Positions 52,149 through 64,000 of a stretch of 64,000 nucleotides of DNA are shown here, piece after piece. The DNA lies in NCBI RefSeq assembly GCF_006345805.1, contig NC_043006.1, positions 18,662,001-18,726,000 on the forward strand, given 5' to 3'. Source of the DNA: Octopus sinensis. Lineage: Eukaryota. Under the pieces are notes generated by a model that was not told the DNA's origin, ran no database searches, and worked only from the letters and a program-made list of their open reading frames with translations. Both the position numbers and the translations under genes were made by a program. The first letter of the stretch is position 1. Every line of letters starts with the position of its first letter.

Positions 52149-53138
52149 ATAACCTACTAAGAGGTAGAAAGAAATTGAGAAAAAACATCTAAAGAATTAG
52201 TGGCAATGGTTAGCGATTCAGAAATAAAAGAAGAGATAATTTCGAGTAAAAAGAAAATAATTTTAAAACAACATTAATTAATATTCTTACAAGAATATCC
52301 GATATTACTTACTTACTTCATCAGCGCAACATACACAGCCAAATCTCGCTTGAATAAATAGACTAAGTTTTAGAGTTAAAGAAATGTCCACAAAAACCTT
52401 GAACTTGTATGAACTTAAATAATTTAAAATCTTATTTAACTAATAGAAATGATTCGAGTAAATCATCATCTAAATCAAAATAACATAACAAGGTTTACTT
52501 TGCTGACACACACAAAAAAATATATATTAAGAAAGTCAAGTACTAATTCTATCAAGTTGCCACATTTTCTATTTGTGAATCTCAAACGGATGCTGTTTTG
52601 ACAAATATAATGAAAATATCACTTCACTAAGCGTCTGTGTAGGTATGTGTTATTACAAATAGCGTTTTATAGATTTAGGTATAGAAGTCATAAATGAATT
52701 ATAGACAACCTATGCTGAAATTATTCCACCCCTCACTTCTCAGTGTACTTTCTTCTAACTGAACAATATATAATTATTATTTATTGATACATGCCAATCA
52801 TAATGCGCTGTCAATGTATTTGTTGTAAGCGTGGCATCAGGTCTAATGGTCATGTGAAATAACGGTACGTACTTTCTTTCCTTATCTCCATAATCTTACG
52901 TTTTATGTACGCACACATACAAACGCATACATACTGTACACACACGAACAAACCTACATACCGCACAGTTACACGTACTTATATATACCACGCACACGTA
53001 CAAACATATTAGCGAATACCCACACATACAGGTGTGCGAGAACACGCTCGCCTGCACGCATGCAGGCCCACATCGACACCTACTCACTTCTATGCCTGCA
53101 GCACGCACTTAAGTATGAGAGTGTGTATCTGCATAAAC

Positions 53139-53715
<577 letters not shown>

Positions 53716-54049
53716 GTGTGTCTGTGTGTGTGTGTGTATCTGAGTGAGTGTATGCGTGACTATGTGTGCACTTTTAAATGTACATGTATTGATATATGTA
53801 TATGCATATGCTTTTAAACATGGACTCACAAATACGATAAATGTATGTGAATATATATATATATATATATATATATGCATGTGTATCTATCTATCCATTT
53901 TGATATATATATATATCTTTATATATATGTATATACATACGTACATATATAACGGGAAGCTTTATGAAAATAAACAAAAGACGAAGGCAGGTGGAAAACA
54001 AACGAACAATTGTATTAGTATGGCGCTCAGGAAATATAAATAAAACAAG

Positions 54050-54087
54050 TCTTTAACGTTTCGAGCCTACGCTCTTCAACAGAAAGA
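54050..54087 (-). ncRNA. Minimal hammerhead-like motif (GUU site, A6U core change)
   Basis: tcttt-CTGTTGA-a-gagc[gtag]gctc-GAAAC-GTT-aaaga; perfect 5-bp stem I and 4-bp stem II. Confidence 0.5.
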
Positions 54088-54254
54088 TACACAGAGAGAG
54101 AAAAACACAGAAAGAAGGAGAGAAAAAAAATGCGTGCAGTAGCTAATGATCAACATGGCGATCTGATTTCGGCCAGAGGTCAAAGATCAAACATGAGACG
54201 CGAGAGCGAAATAAGGGGAGATAATAGGGTTGATAAACGGGTTGAGGGACCAGC

Positions 54255-54600
54255 TAAAAGTGCGTGGGAGGGGTCTGGATGTGTGTATGTATAGGGTTGG
54301 TGTATGTATTAGTATGTATAAGGGTGTGTGTGTGTGTGTGTGTGTGTATGAGAGAGTATTAGTGCGTAAGATTGGTCTGGACGTGCGTATGTATGGGGTT
54401 GGTGTATGTATTAGTATGTATTAGTATGTATTAGTACGTATTGGTATGTATAGGTGTGTGTGTGTGTGTGTGAGAGAGTATAAGTGCGTATGCGGGGTCT
54501 GGACGTGTGTATGTATAGGGTTGGTGTAAGTATTAGTATGTACTAGTATGTATTAGTACGTATTAGTATGTATTAGTTGGTGTGTGTATTAGTATGGCAC
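54255..54600. repeat. Nested minisatellite: about 3 units of 110-130 bp containing (GTATTAGTAT)n and (GT)n
   Basis: GGTCTGGACGTGTGTATGTATAGGGTTGGTGTA repeated three times. Confidence 0.8.
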
Positions 54601-54639
54601 ATCATATGTGATGTGATGTGTAAAGTCATGTGGTGTAGT

Positions 54640-54812
54640 GAGGAGAAAAGGGGGAGGGGAGAAGAGGGGGGAGAAGGGGAGGGGAAGAAGAGGGGGAGGA
54701 GAAGGGGGAAGAGGAGACGATGGGGGAGAAGGAAGGTGAGGAGGGGGATGAAGGAGGAAAGAGGGAGAGGGGGAGAGAGAAGGGGAGAGAGGGAGTGAGG
54801 GAGCAGAGGGAA
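54640..54812. repeat. G/A-only polypurine tract
   Basis: Almost exclusively G and A on the plus strand. Confidence 0.85.
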
Positions 54813-55428
54813 GGATATATACATGTTCTTACTCATATACGCATATTTTCGTGTATTAACTGATCTGTGTAAACACATAAACACGTGTCAAATATACGTG
54901 TTAAAGATAACTTTGTTGTCTTCGCAGTTTTTCTCCTTTTAAGTTTAGATCTGATTTAAGCTTATTTCCAACTTAATAATTAGTGATAAAATTATCTGTG
55001 CATTGCAACTTTTATCTCACCTAAGAAAATGTTATTTGAATGTGTGTCATGCCAAGTGAAGTTAAAAGAAAAGATTAACAAGTAGACTGATAGCAATACC
55101 TAAAATAACTTTTCCTTCACAAAACATTATTGTCGATCTTTGCATCGTAATGGCTTTATTTCTCATCTTTTTTTTTTTTCGTTTTTAAAATGAAGAAACA
55201 GAGGTGCCATATATCCCGCAAGCATAGTTAGATATTTTAAATGAATTCTTGACATAATTATTTATTTTGTTTTGCGCGAGATTCCTGCTTCAACTCCCTT
55301 GTGAAAATCTCTATAAAATAATCCGCAATAAATTTATTGAGAAATGCATCAACAGTTCCGCGTATCTAACCGGTGAAGGGTGTCTCTGGTAGATTATCTG
55401 TGAATTAGATTATATCCTATACTAAAGG

Positions 55429-55815
55429 TGTGGAAGCACTCCGTCGGTTACGACGACGAGGGTTCCGGTTGATCCGAATCAACGGAACAGCCTGCTCGTG
55501 AAATTAACGTGTAAGTGGCTGAGCACTCCACAGACACGTGTACCCTTAACGTAGTTCTCGGGGATATTCAGCGTCACACAGAGAGTGACAAGGCCGGCCC
55601 TTTGAAATACAGGTACAACAGAAACAGGAAGTAAGAGTGAGAGAAAGTTGTGGTGAAAGAGTTCAGCAGGGATCACCACCATCCCCTGCCGGAGCCTCGT
55701 GGAGCTTTAGGTGTTTTCGCTCAATAAACACTCACAACGCCCGGTCTGGGAATCGAAACCGCGATCCTATGACCGCGAGTCCGCTGCCCTAACCACTGGG
55801 CCATTGCGCCTCCAC
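55429..55815 (-). mobile_element. SINE family A
   Basis: TSD ATACTAAAGG. Confidence 0.92.
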
Positions 55816-56155
55816 ATACTAAAGGAGAGAACTGAGATACAATACAGTAAAGTACATGACATTACTGTTAAAATTCAACATAGCTATCAAATCCTTTCCA
55901 ACTATGAGCACCTATGTCCTATGTTGACACATTAGAGGTTCGTGTTCATTCATCGGTGTTCGTGCTCATTGGATCGTGTTCAGGCTCATTGGATGGTGAG
56001 CATGACTTTGGCTACGCAATGACTTCAGTGGAGAACGCATCTGTTCGGTGGTTCGAATAAACGTGATTGCTCCTTTCTACACTGCTCCGCTGTGTCTTTT
56101 CACGCGAGGAAACTATGGAAGTTGCGATATCTAATAGCCACAAACGAACGTAATA

Positions 56156-56389
56156 TATTTCTTTACTACCCACAAGAGGCTAAACACAGAGGGGACAAAC
56201 AAGGACAGACAAACGGATTAAGTCGATTATATCGATCCCACTGCGTAACTGGTACTTAATTTATCGACCCCGAAAGGATGGAAGGCAAAGTCGACCTCGG
56301 CGGAATTTGAACTCAGAACGTAACGGCAGACGAAATACGGCTACGCATTTCGCCCGGCGTGCTAACGTTTCTGCCAGCTCGCCGCCTTT
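56156..56389 (-). mobile_element. SINE family C
   Basis: 15-bp TSD CAAACGAACGTAATA. Confidence 0.92.
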
Positions 56390-57576
56390 CAAACGAACGT
56401 AATACTCCAACCATCGCAATGAATCTCTATGTCTGTTTATGGTTCCAAGAAGTTTCTCTATGACCCCCAAGAAACCCCATCTGTTGGGAGCAAAATTATG
56501 ACTTGCACGTGACCTAGTTTTATGTAATACACCGTCCTCAAATTTTCACACTAAATCGGCTCCAATGCCAAGAAATGGTAAAGACGGGCAACGGCTGAAT
56601 GTATGCAGGAAATGTCGCATGTAGAAGATTTTTACGAGTAACATTCTCATAATACATCAGGTTTGTTTTGTTTAGCCTTATTAAATCCCTTTAATTTCAC
56701 AAGACGCTGAGAAAACTTGATTCCGAGTTAGAAATCTTGAACGTAAATCGTGTGCCGCAAATTTATCTGCAAAAGGCTAGTTAGTCTCTCTTAGGCTCTT
56801 TTCATCCCCAAGATGGATTTTCTTACATTAGCTAGGTATCCGTCACTGTTAATGATCTTACTGCTCACTAAAATACTTATTCGAATGTTTTCTTTTTATG
56901 TCTCCGCGTACTAATAACCGTTCACCTTGTATGAAATTCATTCAGTATTTTGACAAGTCTCGGGTTTGCTCTGACGAGTTTTAGGCAACTCCCTACTAAA
57001 CTCCCTGCACTAAATTAGGCACGTTGGACAGGTGCCGGCTTAATCGACAATGAACCAACCTCACTGGATTATATGATACTAACATCATTTACGACTGATT
57101 TGATATTAATAGTATTCTCTCAACGGTAGCAGTTTTGAATTATTAGTGCTTACATGGGTCCGGTTGTTCATGTTGGCACTCGAACCACATTCGAAGCTGT
57201 TATATTGAGGTCATAATTTCAAATATATCATAGGTTTTCCTTGGTAGAGTACATTTAAATAATGTATATGGTAGATCAAAGGAGGAGTATTGCTCCCACA
57301 TCCAAGTCATAGAAGATGATATAAACATATAAACTATATTGAAAGAAATACTATAAGACCTATTAGCAAAGAACCACTTTCCCAACATACTGCAACCCTG
57401 CCGAAATCTCACCACAAAACACTACGCTGTAAATCATACCACTACGCGCGTTGTTTCCTCTCTATTACTATTCAATCTAACTACAAGGAGCTCTGTTGTG
57501 AAATAGCCGGTTACCTATCATCTTCAATTGCACCCACCTGAAAACTCTCTCTCTCTGTCTCACTCACCTCATAACC

Positions 57577-58174
57577 TATTTCTTTATTACTCACAAGGGG
57601 CTAAACACAGAGGGGACAAACTAGGACAGACATAGGTATTAAGTCGATTACATCGACACCAGTGCGTAACTGGTACTTAATTTATCGACCCCGAAAGGAT
57701 GAAAGGCAAAGTCGACCTTGGCGGAATTTGAACTCACAACGTAACGCAGGCGAAATACCTATTTCTTTATTACCCACAAGGGGCTAAACACAGAGGGGAC
57801 AAACAAGGACAGACATAGGTATTAAGTCGATTACATCGACCCCAGTGCGTAACTGGTACTTAATTTATCGACCTCGAAAGGATGAAAGGCAAAGTCGACC
57901 TCGGCGGAATTTGAACTCACAACGTAACGCAGACAAAATACCTATTTCTTTATTACCCACAAGGAGCTAAACACAGAGGGGACAAACAAGGACAGACATA
58001 GGTATTAAGTCGATTACATCGACCCCAGTGCGTAACTGGTACTTAATTTATCGACCTCGAAAGGATGAAAGGCAAAGTCGACCTTGGCGGAATTTGAACT
58101 CACAACGTAACGCAGACGAAATACCGCTAAGCATTTCGCCCTGCGTGCTAACGTTTCTGCCAGCTCGCCGCCTT
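57577..58174 (-). mobile_element. SINE family C trimer inside one TSD
   Basis: 183-bp units (junction motif at 57574, 57757, 57940); 14-bp TSD CTCACCTCATAACC (57563-57576, 58175-58188). Confidence 0.92.
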
Positions 58175-59381
58175 CTCACCTCATAACCACCCTGTGTCTA
58201 GTTCCCTAGGCACCTTTGTATTATGTGTTTCCAGACTTTTCTCTCCGGTGCACCAAAACTCTCCCTGCTATATCTTTCCTACAAACTTTCCGGCAGAGAA
58301 ATTCTTACAATTGTTAAACGTGAATATCAACTGCATCTTTCTCACCATCAGGCTCAGTAAATCTGATAATGCACTTGCCACTTCCACTCTCCACATAACA
58401 AAACGTTTAAAAAGAGAACACCAGTCGATACATTCAAATGCCTAGTTTCGATATCTGCTGAACATTGAAACGTAACTTAAAAATTAAAAAGAACATTTTG
58501 TTTGTTATTGACAAAATCAACAAGACATGAACTGTATCGATTTTATCATAATTTTATGGGGGAAATTAAATAGCAGTTCGTTTTGGCAGTATTTCTACAA
58601 GTGAAGTGACATGTTATCAACATTACATTATCGTCATAAAATTTATATATTGAACTCAGATATTGCTTGTTTACTCCGTTAGACGACGAATTAATGTGTT
58701 TTTGAGTACACTCTATATATCAATGTCAACATAACTTCAAAAACCGCAAGAAATGCAGTCTTTGTACATAAAATATTTTCTAGTTGATTATAAATTTCTG
58801 TTTTCGCTCTTAAGAACTGAAACATTTTCAAGTACGATACTCTGGTCATATATTAAATATGTAAGTCCGTGATGGTTTTATGTAAAATTTAATTCGTAAC
58901 CATACTCATAACATGGTTATAAATTGTTGATTTACACTTTAAGAACACACCCTCAATTTATAAGCAAATGTTGCACTCTCTTAAGTCGAAAGCACCATGC
59001 GTCTTGCAAGTTCTTTTAGTAGATAATGGAAGGATGGAGAGCAAAGCCAATTCCGACAGGATTGAATTGCTTCTTTCACGATACTTGCATTTAGCAAACT
59101 TTTTTAAGAAAAATTAAATAACTTACTCATATTTTTGTTTACAACGACAGTAATGTGCACGTCAATCCCATACACCGTCAATTCTATACATGTCCTATAT
59201 TACTAGAGATCATTAGTTCATCGACCTACATCGTATTTAGTCAGGTGCTACCATTTGTATATTTTATCTGGTCACTTTAATTACAATCATATTTGTTGTA
59301 TATAAATTAAAAATGTATATTTTCAGTTTATCTGGCTGCATAAGCATTGCAGAATCACCTAATGAAACGAGTATTTGGAAA

Positions 59382-59803
59382 AGAGTAAGGCGGCGAGCTG
59401 GCAGAAACGTTAGCACGCAGGGCGAAATGCTTAGCGGTATGTCGTCTGCCGTTACGTTCTGAGTTCAAATTCCGCCGAGGTCGACTTTGCTTTTCATCCT
59501 TTCGGGGTCGATAAATTAAGTACCACTTACGCAGTGGGGTCGATGTAATCGACTTAATCCGTTTGTCTGTCCTTTTTTGCCCCCTCTATGTTTAGCCCTT
59601 TGTGGGTAATAAAGAAACAGGTATTTCGTCTGCCGTTACGTTCTGAGTTCAAATTCCGCCGAGGTCGACTTTGCCTTTCATCCTTTCGGGGGTTGATAAA
59701 TTAAGTACCAGTACGCAGTGGGGTCGATGCAATAGACTTAATCCGTTTGTCTGTCCTTGTTTGTCCCCTCTATGTTTAGGCCCTTGTGGATAGTAAAGAA
59801 TAA
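59382..59803 (+). mobile_element. SINE family C dimer inside one TSD
   Basis: 3' end AAAGAAACAGGTATT runs directly into internal TCGTCTGCC; 18-bp TSD GAAACGAGT(A/G)TTTGGAAA. Confidence 0.9.
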
Positions 59804-60031
59804 GAAACGAGTGTTTGGAAACTAAGCCAATAAGACATTTATTCGAATCAACGAGGGAGCATCTAGATGCTCACTAGTGTTGTCGTAAAAAAGCATATCA
59901 CTCTAAAATGAGACGAGCACATCTGAACATGTTTTAAAAATACGCATCATTCATGTGGAAGATAGAATAATCATGCTGGAATACTTTCATACATAAATCA
60001 AATCAGTCAATCATACGTGTTCTTTGTGAAT

Positions 60032-60306
60032 CATAGGTTAGTTCAGTCAATCATATATCTAGTTAGTGAATTATTCATGTGTTCAGTTAGTCATCATAGG
60101 TTAGTTCAATCAATCATATATCTAGTTAATGAATTATTCATGTGTTCAGTTAGTCATCATAGGTTAGTTCAATCAATCATATATCTAGTTAGTGAATTAT
60201 TCATGTGTTCAGTTAGTCATCATAGGTTAGTTCAGTCAATCATATATCTAGTTAGTGAATTATTCATGTGTTCAGTTAGTCATCATAGGTTAGTTCAATC
60301 ATTCAT
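60032..60306. repeat. 63-bp tandem repeat, about 4.4 near-identical copies
   Basis: CATAGGTTAG starts at 60032, 60095, 60158, 60221, 60284. Confidence 0.95.
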
Positions 60307-60615
60307 ACGTAGTCTCAGTTAACGTAGCTTTGTCTGCTCAGCTGCAAGTCAACTCAGTGAACGATGCGTCTGCTCAATCACAGATCTGCTTCACTGAGTT
60401 ATAGTTCAGTTTAGTTAGTCAATGGTCTCTCCGCTCCATCTCCTGCTCAATCGATAACAGGACAGCTCAATGGATCACACGTCTGTTTAGTCGTAAGTAT
60501 GACTGTTCACTAGGTCACAGGTTGACTCAAACAGAATTGATACGAAGATGGAAACAATAACACCAACAATGTAAAAGAAAACACCGAAGGGTAAACATAG
60601 TGAGAGAGAGAGAGA

Positions 60616-60648
<33 letters not shown>

Positions 60649-60786
60649 AAGGATAGTGAGAGTGAGAGAGAGAAATAGTTATATACATGCATGCTCAACT
60701 GATATGTATTCCACAAAAAAACCTGATTAATATTTCAATTTAATGTTAAATTAATTCTTTTCATATAATATTGCATAAAACAAACA

Positions 60787-60843
<57 letters not shown>

Positions 60844-60900
60844 AAAACTACTTACATATATGTACATACATGCATACTTTTACGCTCATGCATACGCTAG

Positions 60901-60951
<51 letters not shown>

Positions 60952-62042
60952 CATGAATTGGGTTGGTGCATAATTATTGCGGCTTATTTTCAACAAATTT
61001 TATTCCACAAAAGCAGCATGTAATAAAACTATATTTAAATGGTTATTCCGGAGCATATTCACCATCTACTTCAATTACTGCTTCTCAATTGCTTGGTAGT
61101 CGGTCAGACCGTCATTTAAAGATGTTTTTGTTAAATGTTGTTATTGTTTTTGTTGAATAAAATTTGTTGTAAAACAGTTGCAATAATTATACACTAACGA
61201 AATATGTGTGTGTGTTTGTATGTACGTATGTGTTAGTGTTTGTGCGTGTGTTTGTGTGTGTGTGAGTGTGTGTGTATGTGTGTGTTTGTGTGTATGCTAC
61301 AAGTGATTTAAGAATATAATAAGTCAGACGAAATGTTTCGAGAACAAATTGCAGAAACCATAAGACAAGTCATTGAAGATCTACGTGAGAAAATAATTTC
61401 ATTAAAGACTGGCATATTAATTCGTCTGAAAAATTCTCAGAATTAATGTGCTAAAAATACTTTTGTAATTAATCAACTGAGACATTCTGAAAATTCACTT
61501 AAAAAAACTAAACAAAATAAACTGCTGAAAGTAAAACACAAAGCTAAAAAATATGAGCGCTTCAGATACATGGTTTCATTTTAAGTCAGACGAAAATATC
61601 AAAGAAATAGTTTTGTTTTTTTAAAATCTGTAATCAAATTAAATTATGTGTACTTTAACATTTTCAAAAGCACGTTAATTACACTTAAATATGTGAAATA
61701 AATGCGTTTTACTGAATCAAGATTTTTAGTGAAGAAATTACTGAATGTGAAGTAGATGAAAATACGTTTACGCTGCATGTTTTGTCATAATTTTTGCTTC
61801 TGCTTTGCAGATTATAGTAAAGACTACTAAAATAGATACTAGTTTCTGCACATTCAACTGTATTTTAGATCAAATATGTCTTATATAATTGTGCAATAAT
61901 TTATATAATTTGCAAAGAATAAATATAACATCTGAAATCTAACTTAGATATGTATGTGTGTATGTATTGTATGTATGTATGTAAGTGTGTATGTATATTA
62001 ATGCTTCTTTTTACGAGGAGCTATAATAAAAACATAAAAACG

Positions 62043-62382
62043 TGAAGGCGCATGGCTCAGTGGTTAGAGCGTCGAGCTTACGATCGTGACGTTGTGAGCT
62101 CGAATTCCTGACCGGGCTGCGTGTTGTGTTCTTCAGCAAGGCACTTTATTTCACGTTGCTCCAGTTCACTCAGCTGTAGAAATGTGTTGCGACGTCACAG
62201 GTGCCAAGCTGTATCGACCTTTGTCTTTCCCTTGGATAACACTGGTGGTGTGGAGAGGGGAGGCTGGTATGCATGGGCGACTGCTGGTCTTCCATAAACA
62301 ACCTTGCCCGGACTTGTGTCTAGGAGGGTAACTTTCTAGGTGCAAGCCCATGGTCATTCATGACCGAAGGGGGTCTTTACCC
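62043..62382 (+). mobile_element. SINE family D
   Basis: GAAGGCGCATGGCTCAGTGGTTAGAGC (A box), GAGCTCGAATTCC (B-box-like), then a CAAGGCACTTTATTTCACGTTGCTCCAGTTCACTCAGCTGTA central domain. Confidence 0.85.
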
Positions 62383-62469
62383 CTTATAATAAAAACAATT
62401 TTACTTTCATCTGAAGGATTACTCAATATGTATTGTAAAGCACATATTAACTATACTGCTGTAAGAAAC

Positions 62470-63440
62470 CTGGTGAAAATGACTTCGAAGTTTCGAAGTG
62501 TTGGCCTTCATTGGACTCTCCCTTGCGGTCCACACACTTCTTCCATCCTGTTGCTCATCAGCAGCAGATATGACGTGATCAACGTTGCGATACTGGTTCC
62601 CAGTCAAGTGTTTCCATGTTGGGGAGCAGATAATAGTTAGATGTGGCCAAATTAAGAAAAAAGGGACATTGGTCAACCAGTTCAAAGCTACACTCATGTA
62701 CAACAGCCATTGAAACCAAGGGCTTGTGTGCTGGAGCATCGCCTTAATGAAACAAGACCCCTTTCGTCAGTTTTCCCGAGATTTTGGCTTTGATAGCCTT
62801 TCATAACTGCCTCAGCAAGTTGGTACAGTACTCTTCATTGATGGTGCGGCCCTTTTGAAGAAAGTCAATAAGCACAATGCCTTTTGTATCCCAAAAAACT
62901 AGGCCATCAACGTCACAGTAAATGAAACGACCATGTCCTTTTTCGGAGCAGGTGAATAGGGAGGGGTGTATCTGCTGCATGAAGTGTTTGTTTTTTTTTT
63001 TGTCTCTGGCTCAAAGTGATGAACCTAACACTCATCCTGCCTTAGGAAACGTTCAACGAAACCAGCTTGATCTGCATCAAGCAATTTAAGATTTCTCGTG
63101 ATGTGATCATCATGCCATGTCCATTGTGTACAATATTAACTCTCGTGGGGGATATGTTGATCGCATTGGCTAACCGACTTATTGCCCATCGCCTATCATC
63201 CATCACCACATGATGAACACGATCAACATTTTTCACGGTGGAGTCAGTTGGAAAACGTCCAGTCATTGGGTCATCTTCAAGACCCTTCCCTTCTTAAATT
63301 CAACCGCTCATATTTGCACTGTTGATAAAGCTAGAGTTTCATCTTCCAATGTAACAAAAATGTGAGTACGAATGTCCTTGGGGGCTAAACCCTTTTCCTA
63401 CAGGTACTTGATAACACCACAACGTCAAATTTTGACCCTA
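62470..63440 (-). pseudogene. Near-complete but degenerate mariner transposase
   Basis: In order: EDDP.GR...VDRVHHVVMDDRR; QDE..HHFEPET; VFWDTKGIVLIDFLQKGRTINEEY; LFH*GDAPAHK; KKCVDRKG; many stops and frameshifts. Confidence 0.85.
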
Positions 63441-63802
63441 TTCAAAAGAATAGTTACTTTTGAAGTCTTCTTTGAACATTCAGATGTCGGTTTAGCCGGA
63501 AAGAAACAATGTAGTTATTAATAAGATGAGTTGTAATTAATTTCACAGCTGTAGCATAATTCCTCATGCAAGATTTCACAGCTCTGACATAATTCCTCCC
63601 ATTCAGTCAATAAAAGTTTTGAGCCCACCCTCGTAGCAAAAGCGTCTACAAACAAGAAACCAATGGTATGAACGCTGAATAGCAGATTAATGAAAGGTAT
63701 GAATTTAAACAAACTGAAATGGTGTATAGGGAGGAGAGAAATGTACTGAAAGATAAAAGCCTTCATTAGAAAGATCCTGAGAGAGAGAGAGAGAGAGAAG
63801 AC

Positions 63803-63837
<35 letters not shown>

Positions 63838-64000
63838 CAGACAGAGAAAGAGAGAGAGAGAGAAAGGAGGAAATTAGAGAGAGGAAGGGAGGGAAAGAGA
63901 TACGGGTAGAGCGATTTGTGACTGGAAAACAATATCACGTGTATCTGTTTAGACACAACCACGACACGATGGATGCGAAATTGATTTCGGATAAAACTGA

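Noticed and set aside
57577-60306. Regular repeats that might suggest a CRISPR-like array
   Set aside because: Units repeat in full with no unique spacers, the context is eukaryotic, and no cas genes are present.
60017-60322. 101-aa ORF with 21-aa repeats
   Set aside because: A by-product of a 63-bp tandem repeat whose length is divisible by three; no other coding evidence.

Overview
Repeat-dense, AT-rich animal genomic DNA, most likely octopod cephalopod. That assignment is an inference from the tRNA-derived SINE families, (TA)n density and TE mix; no database search was possible. I can support no host protein-coding exon. Most ORF-track entries are microsatellite translations or recurrent SINE read-throughs. 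The window holds four tRNA-headed SINE families (called A-D here, many with clear TSDs), RTE- and RLE-type LINE fragments, Tc1/mariner relics, a MITE with an 8-bp TSD, several Helitrons (one encoding six 23-aa STPR-like repeats), and at least four different Penelope-like (GIY-YIG) retroelement fragments, mostly lodged between (TA)n tracts. The most striking signal is about 10 type I hammerhead-ribozyme-like motifs. Two have perfect cores and lie in the opposite arms of a near-perfect 1.07-kb ORF-less foldback palindrome (15038-16111), which is followed by a second 172-bp palindrome. All structures were read by eye. TSD/TIR-bounded coordinates are near-exact; other boundaries are approximate.
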